From NCBI GenBank assembly GCA_002841905.1, contig PHBF01000001.1, positions 1-40,512 on the forward strand: a DNA stretch of 40,512 nt. Direction: 5' to 3'. A program made the translations under genes and the position numbers. Of the stretch, positions 27,401-36,357 are shown piece by piece (position 1 is the stretch's first letter; each line of letters starts with the position of its first letter). The stretch comes from Deltaproteobacteria bacterium HGW-Deltaproteobacteria-17. GTDB taxonomy: Bacteria > Myxococcota_A > Polyangia > HGW-17. Below the pieces are notes generated by a model. That model did not search any database and was not told the DNA's origin. It saw only the letters and a list, made by a program, of their open reading frames with translations.

Positions 27401-30400
27401 GCGCCGATGGTCTTCTCATGGCGAGAGTCAAACTCGAGAATGGACTGGTACTTCTTGATCGCCTGTTCGACATCGCTGACCTCATGCTGCAGGACGTGGG
27501 CGATGCGGAAGATCAGTTCATTTCGCTTTCCATCCTGCGGCTCAAGGACGACCATCTGATTGAGCGTCTGGATCAACTCCATCCAGTTCTGCTCCTTTTC
27601 ATACAGGCGGGAGCAGGACTGCAGGGCCAACAAATGATCATGGGAGGCGGAGAGGATCCGCTGCAGGGTGGAGATGGCTTCGTAGTTGTCCTCGAGCTTC
27701 TCCTCCTGGATGCGGGCGAGCTTGAGGGCCACCGCGAAGTCCGGCGTCTCGGCCACCTCGGCCAACTGCCGGAGCACTTCGGCCAGCTCGGTCCAATTTT
27801 CACTTTGCTCATACAGCGCTTCCAGCGCGCGCAGGGCGCCGGATTCGTTGGGCTCGACCTCGAGCAGCCGCTTCCAGGTCTCCACCGCCGAAGCCGGCAA
27901 TTCCAGTTTCTGTTGCAGCAGCGCCAGTTGGCGCAGCGTCCGGACGCTCTCTGCGGGTTCGTGCAGCAGGTAGGAGCGGCGATCCAGGATGGTGTTCAGT
28001 TCCTCCCAGGCCTCCATCTCCTCGAGCAGGATCGACAACTCGGTCAGGGCCTCGAGGTGATCCTCCTGGACCTCGAGCACGCGCAGGTAGCTCTTGCGGG
28101 CCTCGGCGGGCTGGGTCAGGATCTCGGCCTGGATCCGGGCGATGCGCAGCAGGACGGTGACCTGCAGGTCCGTGTCGTAGGCGTCCTTGATGCCCTTTTC
28201 ATAGACTTCAATGCACTGTGCCCAATTGGATTGGCGAACCGCCAACTGGTACAGCGCCTCAAAGAGATCCCGGTCCGTGCTGTCCAGCAGCCAGGCCTGG
28301 CTCAGGGAGGCAAACGCCCGATCGAGGCGGTTGCCGCGGGTGTCGTACAGGTCCGCGCATTCCTTGAGATATTCGATCTTCTGATATTGATCGTCGATCC
28401 CTTCGATCTGGATCTCATACACGTTGACGAGGTCTTCCCACTGATCCAGATTCTGATAGATCGGCTGCAGCAGCGCCGCCGCCCGCAGGGAGATGTCTTC
28501 GGTCAGCAGCAGGCTCTCCAGGAACAGAATCGCCTGTTCGTGCAACGGCTCAATCTGAAGGATGGCCTCGATCCGATCCACGGCCGAGATCGGATCCGCC
28601 AGCTTCTCGTGATACAGTTTGGCCAGCGTCAGGTTGAGCTCGCAGAGCTCGCGGGGCTCATGCTGCTGCTGTTGCACCAGGACCAGCAGATGCTCGACCA
28701 GATCTTCCCAGCGCTCCAGGCGCGTGTACAGGCGGCGCAGGGCGGTGTTGGCCACGTTGTCGTCCGGGGCGCCCACCAGGATTTCCTTGTAGGTGTCCAC
28801 CGCGTCTTCATATTTTTCCAGTTTATCCTCAAACACCGAGGACATCTTGAAGAGATACTGGTTCTTCTTCTCCGGATCGTAGTAAGCCTCCGCGGCCTCG
28901 CGGTAGATCGTCAGCAGATCATCCCAGCGCTCAGCCGTCAGGAGCATCAACTCGAGCTCAGCAAAGATGTCCTTGCGGTTGTGATCGGCGTCGAGGATCC
29001 GCTTGTAGCACTTGCGGGCCTCCTCCACCTTGTGGAGGCGGTTGGAATAGATCCGGGCCAGATGCTCGGCGACCTCGAGGACGTAATCCAGATCGGCATA
29101 CGCCTCCTCGAGGACCTTGGCGAAGACCTCGGAGACCTCCTGCCAGCGACCCAGGCTGTCGGCCAGCGAGAGCAGACGGCTGCGGACCGCGCGATCCGAA
29201 GGGGTCTCCACGAAGAGATAGCCGTACCACACGAAGGCGCTGTCCATGTCCTCGAGGACCGCGTCATAAAGACCGGCGATCTTCTTGGTGATCGGCGCAC
29301 GCTCTTCGACGGTCTCGAGCATCTGCCGCTGCAGGGAGAACACCCGGATCAGTTCCTTCCAGTTCTGGCGCGAGGCGTAGATCGGGACCAGGGTCTCGGC
29401 CGCGGAGGCGGCGTGGGCCTCGACGTCGAGGAATTTCTCCAGGCGGCGGATGGTGTCCTCGCGGGTGGGATCACCACCCAGCGCTCCCTTGAACATCTCC
29501 AGGGCGCGCTCCGGTTCGTCAAGATAATCCTGATAGATCTCACCCATGTTGTACCGAATCTCCACCGCCTCCTTCAACTCGGAGACGTAGCGGATCCGGT
29601 GTTCGTACAACTCGATGAGATCTTCCCAGCCTTCCTGGTCAAAGTACAATTCTTCCAGTGCGCGGAAGATGACAGAATCTCCAGGACGGAATTCAATGAT
29701 TTCCTTGTAGTGAACGATCGCATCCTTGGGCTTCTTCAATTGCTCCTTGCACAGGGTGGCTGCAAGAACCAGGGCCGAATACCGTGCATCCGGGTCGTTG
29801 TAACCCAACTCGGCGCGCTTGAGATAAATGCCCATGAGCGCTTCCCAGTCGGCCATTTCCTTGTACACATACTCCAAAGCATCCAGGGCGTGCATCGAAT
29901 CCGGTCGCTGCTCCAGCACCTTCTGATAATAGATACGCGCCAGGTCCAGATTCTTCAGTTCGTCGCGGGATACATCGGCGATGATCAGAAAGACCTTCTC
30001 CTGGAGATCGGTATCCAGGATTTCATCCACATTTTCCTTGTACATTGCCACAAGTTCCGCCCACTTGTTCTCCATGGCGGCCAGCCGTTGAAGGTTGTCC
30101 AGCACATCTCCGAGCATCGGGAGCGCCAGACACTCCTTGAGGGCCTGCCCATAGAATCCGAACGCGGCGCCGGGTTCGTGAAGTTCGCCCTCTTTGATTT
30201 GGGCAATTTTCACAAAAAGATCCACCTTCTCCTGGGAATCCATGGAATAGCCGGCCTTGAGCACATACAGGCCTGTCAGTTTCTCCCAGTTGTCTTCAAG
30301 CTCGTAGATCTTCTCCAGGATCGAGGCGGCTTCCAGCGCCAGCATTTCATCTCCCAGAAGCATGGTCTCCAAGGCCAGTTTCGCCTTTTCATGTTCGGGG

Positions 30401-33400
30401 TCCTGTTCGATCACATCGCGATAGAACGCGATCGCCCTGGCCGGCTCCTCCAGATGAACCTGCAGGATGTAACCCAGGCGATACAGGAGCGCGTGGCGGT
30501 TCTGTTCGTTGGTGGTCAACGCCAGCTCGCGCTCGACGAGATCGAAGACGTCCGCCCAACGGCCCAGCGCCTCATTGAGGCGGGCCAGGTAGCGCAGCGA
30601 CTCCCCATCCTCGGGGAACTCGGACAGGATCGCGGCCCAGGCCTCGGCTGCCCCTTCGATGTTCTGCAGGCTCTCCTCACGCAGGATCGCGATGCGTGAA
30701 TAGAAATCCCTGCGGGTGCCCGGGTCGAGGGAGAGCTCGGCCCGTCGGGACAGCACTTCGACCAGCTTTTCCCATTTCTCCAGCCTGGAATAAATGTATT
30801 CCAGACGATCCAGTGCATCATCGTCCTCCGGGAACTCCCCGAGCAACTGATGATAGGTGTTGGCTGCGTCCTCGAGCGCGTCGAGCATGTCCTCCTGCAG
30901 CGAGGCGACCTTGCGGTACACGCCCTTGCGCTCCCGGGGGTTGTCCAGCCAGCCCAATTGACGGCGATACAGATCGATGACGTCGATCCACTCGTCCATC
31001 GTCGAGAGCAGCAGGATCAGCGACTGCGTCGCCTTGGACTGGATCTCCACGTAGTCTCCGGAGACCGAGAGCAATTTCTTGTACCAGAAGACCGCCTTCT
31101 CCGGATCGGACAACTGCCGCTCATAGAGCTGGGCAATCTTTTCAATATAGAGCATCGACAGTTCCAGATCGTCCCCGGCGGCCGTGATCGCTTCATTCCA
31201 CACCTCGATCAACTCGGCGGTGTTACCGGAGAGATCCACCAGCTCCTCGAGGGCATGCCGCACCTCGAGGTTGCCCGGCTCCAGCTTCAGCGCCCGACGC
31301 CATGCCGAGAAGGCCTGTTCGGGCCGTCCAAGCTGGACGGTGAACAATTTGCCTTGACGGGACAGGATGCCGACGGCCTCATCACGGCTTTCGGCGGCTT
31401 CGAGTTTGACCTCCAGGAGCTCCACGATTTTTTCAAAGTTGGTCTCATGCTCAAAGAGGTTCAGGAGGATGTCGGCGGCCGACTGCCTCGTCTGGGGCTT
31501 CTCCAGCGACTCGTTCAGCATCGAGCGTGCGGAAATGTGACTGGAATTGAGCGACAGGATTTCCTGGAGCAGCGATACGGCGTCCGGAGCACGGTCGAGC
31601 TTGTGCATGAGCAGGTCCGCGCGCTGGATCATCAATAAGATACGCTGTTCATTGTTGCGGGTGTAGGCCAGCTCATCCTGATACAGGTCGGCCAACTGGG
31701 CCCAGTCCTCAGCGAGGTCATACAGGCGCTGCAGGGCCACGAAGGCCTCCTGTGATCCGGCCTCGAGCTGCCGCAACTGCCGGTAGGACGCAATCGCCGC
31801 GTCCACGTCCCCCAGGATGTTTTCATTGAGCGCGCTCAACTTCAGGAGCATGGTCTTCTGCTGGTCGGGATCGCTGAGCACCTCGACGCGGTTTTCGATC
31901 AACAGGCGCAGGTCCTTCCAGCGCTCCGCCGAGGTGGTGATGCGCTCCAAGGCCGCAAACGCCTGGTCATGCAGGGGTTCCTCCTCGAGCACCATGCGGT
32001 AGTACTTCTCCGACTCCGCCTGATCATGGAGCTCCTCTTCCTCGAGCAGCGCGACCTCCCAGGCCAGCGTCAGTTTCAACTCGGGCTTGACCGACAGCGT
32101 CTCGATGTAGAGATCCTTCAACTGGGGAATCTGATCCTCCAGGATGGCCAGCCGGCGCAGCTCCTGCCGCACGTCGGCGTTGCCCGGGGACAACGAGAAG
32201 AGCACGCGCGCGATGTCGAGACCACGGGTCGTGTCCCCCACGCGTCGCACGGTGATGTTCAGCAGCTCCAGATAGTGCTGGATCTTCAGGTCTTCATCCT
32301 GCTCCATCGTGGCGATGACTTCCAGGGAACGCGCATAGGCCTCCCAGTTTTCCATGCGCAGATAGCACGGCGCCAGCAACTGGGCGGCAGAGCGGCGCAC
32401 CGCGGGATCACGGGAAGGCTCCAGCATCGTCTCCAGGGAGGACAGGGCGCCGGCGTGATCGGGTACCTCTCCCAGGATCGTCTCAAAGCAGGCCAGGGCC
32501 TCCTGAGCATCCGACAGGGGACCCAGGTACAGACGCCCCAGGCGCAGACGGAAGGCGATCCGCTGCTCGCCTTCGGAGAGGTTCTCCTGCTGACGAAGGA
32601 TGTACGCCAGATTCTCATACATGCGGCCGGCCTCGTAGAGACGATCCAGCGCGGCCAGGGCGGGCAGGTAATCGGAGGCCAGGGAGATGATTTTCTTGTA
32701 CATCTCGATGGCCTCGCCCGTCTTGTCCAGGTGAACCTCGAGAAGCTGGGCCATCTTCATCATGGCCGCCAGACGATCGTTCAACTGCGGCGCGCTCGAG
32801 ATCTGCCTGTTCAGGATCTCCAGCAGCTCCGTCCAGTTCTGACGCAACTCATAAATCGACGCCAACCCCATCAGGGCCTCACCGCTCTCGGGCTCCTGTG
32901 CGAGCACGGCACGCCAGATCCCCTCGCCCTGTTCGAGGGCGACGAGCTGGTGGACGTACAGGTTGGCCAGGCGGGACATCAACCGAATCTTTTCGCCGCC
33001 CGAGAGGCGGTCGAGCACTTCGGAGTAGATTTTGGCGAGGGCTTCCCAGTTCCGGGAGGCCTCGGCGAGCTTCTCCAGCCGGGTGATGATCGCGTCGTCC
33101 TGCGGGTCGATGACGTAGGCCTGCGCACACCAGTTGAACGCGGGCTCGGCCTGGTTCAACTTCTCCTCGCAGACCATCACCAGTTTCTGCAGGTGGGCCA
33201 GACGCTGGGATGGCTCCGTGCAGGAGGCCAGCAGGATCTCGACCATGCGGGCGACCTCCTTCCAGCGACCGGCTTCTTCATAAATCGGCAGCAGCAGGGC
33301 CGCGGCCCTGGCGTTGCCCGGTTCCACCTCGAGGATGCTCTCGTAGGACTTGATCGCGCGCTCTGGTTTCTGCAGCCTGTCGGTGAAGACATTGGCGATC

Positions 33401-35610
33401 TTGAAGAACAACTGGATCTTCTCGTCGGGGGCCGTGGCCGCCTCGGCGCAGTCATGCAGCGTCTCGATGTAGCCGACCCAGTTTTCGCGATCGGCGAAGA
33501 GCCCTTCGAGCGCCTCCCAGTCCCGGTTGGTGCTGTACAACTCCTTGAGGATCTTCATGGCCTTGGGATGACCGGGACGATACTCCAGCACGGTCTTCCA
33601 CGTGCTCATGGCGATCTCCCCGGTGGCGCCCATCTTGTCGGTCAGGATCGCGCCGGTCTTCTCCAGCAGGGCCAGCGCCTCGTCGCCCACGCTCATGGCG
33701 ATCTTGCGACGCAGCATCTCCACCAGGGCCGGAAACCGCTTCTCGCGTTCATACAGCGAAATGAGGCTCTCGAGCGCGTCGATGTCGTGGGGATCGAACT
33801 CGAGCACGCGGTTCCACATCTCGATCGAGAGCACGGCGTTCCCGAGCGGCTGCTGGGCAAAGCGGGCCAGGTCGATGAACTTCTCCCGCTGCTCGTGCTC
33901 GGGCATCAGGTTGATTTCCTTCAACTGCAGCTCGAACAGGCCCTTCCAGTTGCGCCGCTTCTCGTAGATGTCCTTGAGCGCGGTGATGGTCTCGAGATCG
34001 GCGGGGTCCACCTCGAGGATCTGCTCGAGGGGCTCGGCCGCCTTGTTGGGGTTGGACAACTTCGTGCCCCACAGGTTCGCGATCTGCTTGAGATAATTCT
34101 TCTTTTTCGCAGGATCGGTCTCGCTGGCGTTCTTCTCCTCGTAGATCACGATCACGTCGCGCCAACGGCCCATGGACTCGTACTTCTCGGCCAGGGCGTC
34201 CATGGCCCTTGGATGGTGCGGATCCAGCTTCAGGATGGCGTTGTAGACGTTGACCACCATGGCGTCGACCTTCATCTTCTCCTCGATGAGCTCCGCCATG
34301 TCCATCAGGACCGAGATGCGCCCGGCGATGTCGTCGGTCGGCAGCGCGTGCTCGACGTCCTTGTACAGTTCCATCAGGGCGTTCCACTTCTCGCCCCGGA
34401 AGTACAGATCCTTGAGCGCGTCGATCGCCGCGGTGTTCATCTTGTCCATCTTCAGGATGCGCTTCCACACGTCGATGGCCTTCTCAGGGCTCTTGTCGAC
34501 CGAGATCTCCGAGATCCGGCGCGCCAGTTCGACGCTCTTGTCCACGTCGTTGGCGACGGCACGCATGGCCTGCTGCAGCATGGTCAGGTGCCGCATGTAG
34601 TCATCCTTGGCCACGTAGTACTCGCTGTAGAAGTTCATCACCAGCGGGGACATGTTGTCGCCCTTGCGCAGCTTGGAGAAGTACTGCTCTGCGGTGTCGA
34701 GGTCGCCGACCTTCTTCCACCACAGCATGCCCAGTTGCAGGCTCATCTCCTCGGCGTTGGAGCCGTTCTTGAGCTCGCTCTCGTACAGGGCGATCAGGTC
34801 CTCCCACTTCTCCTGCTGCGTGAACGCCTCCACCAGCAGCATGGAGGTCTTCTCCATGCCCGGGATGAGTTGTGCCACCTCCTTCAGGTGTTCCTCGGCC
34901 AGTTGGGGCTGATGCGTGTGCTCCAGTTCGAGGTAGGCGACCTCGAGCAGGCAGGCAGCGCGCTCCTGGGTGTCCGTGACGCGGGGCAGCTTCTCCCGCA
35001 GGAAATCGGCCAGCTCCGCATAGCGCTTCTGCGCGCGATAGAGATACTCGATGTGCTTGATGGTGTCCGAGTGGCCCGGATCCATCTCGAGCGCCTTTTT
35101 CAGAAGCTCTTCGACACGGTGGAGGTCCGACCCGTACTTGGCGGCCACCTCCGCGGCCCTGAAGTACATGTGCGTGGCCCACTGGGGCTCCGACGCACTG
35201 TCGGCCTCGGCGGTGTACTTCTCGAGCATCTTCTCCCAGTTGCCGGCTTCCTGTTCCAGGGCTTCGAGCCGGGAGACCGCCTCATCGTTCTTCGGATCGA
35301 GCTCGGCGACCCGTCGATACATCCCCAACGCCTCCACGCCCAGCCACAGCTCCTCGTCGAGCATCCGGGCGATCGCGGAGATCAACTCCAGATCGTCGGG
35401 CTGCCGGCGCTCGGCGAACCGGTAAAACCGGTGCGCCAGCTCCAACTGCTTGGCCAGGAGAGCGCGCTGCGCAGCCTTGACCAGGACAGCCGCCAGCTCC
35501 TGTGCCGGCTCGTCGCTGGAGAGCACGAGATTTTCCAGCTCCTCCAGCATGTGATTGTCGCTCGGGGTATTGAAGAGGTTCGCGATGAGTGTCTTGATTT
35601 CCTTCATCAT
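24472..35610 (-). CDS. Giant (3712 aa) all-alpha TPR/solenoid repeat protein, no other recognisable domain
   Basis: Single uninterrupted 11,139-nt ORF with host-like GC-rich codons. Throughout, a recurring unit reads A(I/V)..Y..(I/V)L...P....AL..LE.LY......W..L(h)..(Y/L). Roughly forty W/F-x-x-L anchors were counted by eye (e.g. KWEDLIALY, RWRDVIVIY, NWEALAKIY, RWEDLVEHL, KWNELIEVM). Canonical TPRs occupy the last ~350 aa. No signal peptide or TM segment is seen. Confidence 0.9.
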   Translation of the reverse strand: MMKEIKTLIANLFNTPSDNHMLEELENLVLSSDEPAQELAAVLVKAAQRALLAKQLELAHRFYRFAERRQPDDLELISAIARMLDEELWLGVEALGMYRRVAELDPKNDEAVSRLEALEQEAGNWEKMLEKYTAEADSASEPQWATHMYFRAAEVAAKYGSDLHRVEELLKKALEMDPGHSDTIKHIEYLYRAQKRYAELADFLREKLPRVTDTQERAACLLEVAYLELEHTHQPQLAEEHLKEVAQLIPGMEKTSMLLVEAFTQQEKWEDLIALYESELKNGSNAEEMSLQLGMLWWKKVGDLDTAEQYFSKLRKGDNMSPLVMNFYSEYYVAKDDYMRHLTMLQQAMRAVANDVDKSVELARRISEISVDKSPEKAIDVWKRILKMDKMNTAAIDALKDLYFRGEKWNALMELYKDVEHALPTDDIAGRISVLMDMAELIEEKMKVDAMVVNVYNAILKLDPHHPRAMDALAEKYESMGRWRDVIVIYEEKNASETDPAKKKNYLKQIANLWGTKLSNPNKAAEPLEQILEVDPADLETITALKDIYEKRRNWKGLFELQLKEINLMPEHEQREKFIDLARFAQQPLGNAVLSIEMWNRVLEFDPHDIDALESLISLYEREKRFPALVEMLRRKIAMSVGDEALALLEKTGAILTDKMGATGEIAMSTWKTVLEYRPGHPKAMKILKELYSTNRDWEALEGLFADRENWVGYIETLHDCAEAATAPDEKIQLFFKIANVFTDRLQKPERAIKSYESILEVEPGNARAAALLLPIYEEAGRWKEVARMVEILLASCTEPSQRLAHLQKLVMVCEEKLNQAEPAFNWCAQAYVIDPQDDAIITRLEKLAEASRNWEALAKIYSEVLDRLSGGEKIRLMSRLANLYVHQLVALEQGEGIWRAVLAQEPESGEALMGLASIYELRQNWTELLEILNRQISSAPQLNDRLAAMMKMAQLLEVHLDKTGEAIEMYKKIISLASDYLPALAALDRLYEAGRMYENLAYILRQQENLSEGEQRIAFRLRLGRLYLGPLSDAQEALACFETILGEVPDHAGALSSLETMLEPSRDPAVRRSAAQLLAPCYLRMENWEAYARSLEVIATMEQDEDLKIQHYLELLNITVRRVGDTTRGLDIARVLFSLSPGNADVRQELRRLAILEDQIPQLKDLYIETLSVKPELKLTLAWEVALLEEEELHDQAESEKYYRMVLEEEPLHDQAFAALERITTSAERWKDLRLLIENRVEVLSDPDQQKTMLLKLSALNENILGDVDAAIASYRQLRQLEAGSQEAFVALQRLYDLAEDWAQLADLYQDELAYTRNNEQRILLMIQRADLLMHKLDRAPDAVSLLQEILSLNSSHISARSMLNESLEKPQTRQSAADILLNLFEHETNFEKIVELLEVKLEAAESRDEAVGILSRQGKLFTVQLGRPEQAFSAWRRALKLEPGNLEVRHALEELVDLSGNTAELIEVWNEAITAAGDDLELSMLYIEKIAQLYERQLSDPEKAVFWYKKLLSVSGDYVEIQSKATQSLILLLSTMDEWIDVIDLYRRQLGWLDNPRERKGVYRKVASLQEDMLDALEDAANTYHQLLGEFPEDDDALDRLEYIYSRLEKWEKLVEVLSRRAELSLDPGTRRDFYSRIAILREESLQNIEGAAEAWAAILSEFPEDGESLRYLARLNEALGRWADVFDLVERELALTTNEQNRHALLYRLGYILQVHLEEPARAIAFYRDVIEQDPEHEKAKLALETMLLGDEMLALEAASILEKIYELEDNWEKLTGLYVLKAGYSMDSQEKVDLFVKIAQIKEGELHEPGAAFGFYGQALKECLALPMLGDVLDNLQRLAAMENKWAELVAMYKENVDEILDTDLQEKVFLIIADVSRDELKNLDLARIYYQKVLEQRPDSMHALDALEYVYKEMADWEALMGIYLKRAELGYNDPDARYSALVLAATLCKEQLKKPKDAIVHYKEIIEFRPGDSVIFRALEELYFDQEGWEDLIELYEHRIRYVSELKEAVEIRYNMGEIYQDYLDEPERALEMFKGALGGDPTREDTIRRLEKFLDVEAHAASAAETLVPIYASRQNWKELIRVFSLQRQMLETVEERAPITKKIAGLYDAVLEDMDSAFVWYGYLFVETPSDRAVRSRLLSLADSLGRWQEVSEVFAKVLEEAYADLDYVLEVAEHLARIYSNRLHKVEEARKCYKRILDADHNRKDIFAELELMLLTAERWDDLLTIYREAAEAYYDPEKKNQYLFKMSSVFEDKLEKYEDAVDTYKEILVGAPDDNVANTALRRLYTRLERWEDLVEHLLVLVQQQQHEPRELCELNLTLAKLYHEKLADPISAVDRIEAILQIEPLHEQAILFLESLLLTEDISLRAAALLQPIYQNLDQWEDLVNVYEIQIEGIDDQYQKIEYLKECADLYDTRGNRLDRAFASLSQAWLLDSTDRDLFEALYQLAVRQSNWAQCIEVYEKGIKDAYDTDLQVTVLLRIARIQAEILTQPAEARKSYLRVLEVQEDHLEALTELSILLEEMEAWEELNTILDRRSYLLHEPAESVRTLRQLALLQQKLELPASAVETWKRLLEVEPNESGALRALEALYEQSENWTELAEVLRQLAEVAETPDFAVALKLARIQEEKLEDNYEAISTLQRILSASHDHLLALQSCSRLYEKEQNWMELIQTLNQMVVLEPQDGKRNELIFRIAHVLQHEVSDVEQAIKKYQSILEFDSRHEKTIGALEELLEGEDFRPQAATILEPLYLEQSQSGKLIHLNELLLEVAVEPAVKEKLLRTIAMIYEQGNDLDHAFEYWGRLFRENPADTEVEGQLMRITAASGKWQRLVDLLDEAGNDVYEPTLRKRLILTVTQLYEVSLENTEAAIDTLKKGLDAVPSDLEILAQLDRLLTATQKHEDLQEVLRAQADATDGATKAQFLYRLGHLNLHQFNKGEDAIEVWQEALNFQDDHPEIFRELEALLGSGGPLVALALEVLEPAYERMGANDKLVMVLEVRVTLTEDAGDRAGLLERAAQLCKVMGYLDKAITLLAQGVALAPDNVMLLESFIELAQNADRIPTVLTTVLDILGREIDEMAAIAMALRVAPLALSVGDVVSGEKLYLAVLSREGENMDAIRALENLYRVGDDTQKLVAILQKRAEQEYDPNTKKSICSEVANLAETQLNDLALAESAWKNLLESDESDLVAQDQLIRLFERMEKWNELIEVMKTKINYMPAPHDQQRLRQRIAQTYDEKLNQKELAEEQWREAYDSDPSFEPAYLALMAIYKEKADWDAVKDLFFTRLGQASVDSERLSVLEDLANLSMNQLKEIDDAVGYWMQILEVDPQYGEIFEKLSKVLIEGERYYELADVLQKRADFFAARGDRRLELQALDQLARLWEEKLESPTEARRILERILENDPASVTALTGLARLFENMQDWEHCQQYLEKAALLEPQGQDGAELAFRRGKVAEKLGDGEKALSCWEEAIRLYPAHQETFEVLSERARAAGDKEAILRLMQKRLPLITEKTPRLALLRQLADLYIELGASEAAFPALEEALTLDPTNMEIKQRLGDAYFAAANYPKAAEVYQKLLDELAAAKAPRKDLAPLYQRLGGIKESQGDLDAALELYIQSQKADTTYVPNLISMAGLYARQENYDQAQRMFRALLFQRIEGEITKAQIFLEIAKIEIKTGNAAKAKSSIQRGLAEDPNHAELKALLETV

Positions 35611-35700
35611 TTCGGCTCTCTTTGACTACTCGGCTAGTTGGTTGTGAAATGCCACAAAAGACATGGCGAGAGCGTAACGCCTATGTTAAATGGATGCAAT

Positions 35701-35732
35701 CAAAAAAGGTGTTTTGACAACAGTCTTTTTTG
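35701..35732. repeat. Imperfect 32-nt inverted repeat/hairpin in the 261-nt spacer upstream of the giant TPR gene
   Basis: CAAAAAAG (35701-35708) pairs perfectly with CTTTTTTG (35725-35732). An inner stem TGTT/AACA (35710-35713 / 35719-35722) closes a 5-nt loop. It could act as a terminator for the upstream lipoprotein gene or as a protein-binding palindrome; the function is unknown. Confidence 0.35.
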
Positions 35733-35871
35733 GGTGGACGATCCCTGTCGGGGCGGGGTCCCGCAGCATGGTGATGGAGGTCATCCGCAGGACTTCGGGC
35801 AGTCCGGTGGATTCACCGCGGCAAAAGAATAATAAATAAATTTTTACAATATCAAGAAAATTTGGAACAAA

Positions 35872-36357
35872 TTATATACCTGAGACGAACAGCCACTTGT
35901 CCTTGTGTTTCTCCAGCGTCAGGCGCATGTAGTCGGTCTTCTTCTCCCACCGGTTGTCCTCACCCACGATCAGTTGGTAGGAACCGTCGAGGTAGACCTC
36001 GACCGAGACGCGTTCGGCGCTCTCCCATTTGATCCGGCGGTACTGGATGTCCAGCCGGACGTTCTTGAGCTGGGCAAAGCGCTGGTGAACGGCCTGGGCA
36101 AGGCCTTTCCGATCATACGCCTTCTCGTCCGAGGAGGTCTTGGGCTGGTAATAGTTCGGGTGGGCCAACTGGATCAGGGCCTCGGCGTCCATGGCGATCA
36201 GGATTCGGCGATAATTCTCAACCACCTCGATGATTTCCTTGTTCGCCCGGGTGGCCGGAATCCGGGTGCCGGCGATGAACGAGGTCTTCGCGCAGCCGGC
36301 GAAGAACGCCAGCGCCGTCAGCGTGTACAGGACCCATTGAAGCTTGCGATGCGTCAT
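35872..36357 (-). CDS. Small lipoprotein (161 aa), possibly NTF2/SnoaL-like fold
   Basis: The ORF track runs to 36969 over prmA, which is an artefact. The ATG at 36357 overlaps the prmA stop (ATGA at 36354-36357). Signal peptide with lipobox LAFFAG-C. The fold assignment is only an impression from the pattern of the C-terminal strands. Confidence 0.7.
   Translation of the reverse strand: MTHRKLQWVLYTLTALAFFAGCAKTSFIAGTRIPATRANKEIIEVVENYRRILIAMDAEALIQLAHPNYYQPKTSSDEKAYDRKGLAQAVHQRFAQLKNVRLDIQYRRIKWESAERVSVEVYLDGSYQLIVGEDNRWEKKTDYMRLTLEKHKDKWLFVSGI

Noticed and set aside
24505-35625. Three very long plus-strand ORFs (939, 1093 and 1218 aa at 24505-27324, 27418-30699 and 31969-35625) antisense to the giant TPR gene
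   Set aside because: Their translations are low-complexity, rich in L, G, R, Q and V, with no domain signal. They lie exactly opposite a gene with strong GC3 bias, where TTA, CTA and TCA codons are rare, so the antisense frame lacks stops. They are classic high-GC shadow ORFs.
35638-35832. 64-aa plus-strand ORF in the spacer upstream of the giant gene
   Set aside because: It has no ribosome-binding site and mixed composition. It spans the AT/GC-heterogeneous spacer and has no recognisable motif. It is more likely non-coding leader or terminator sequence.
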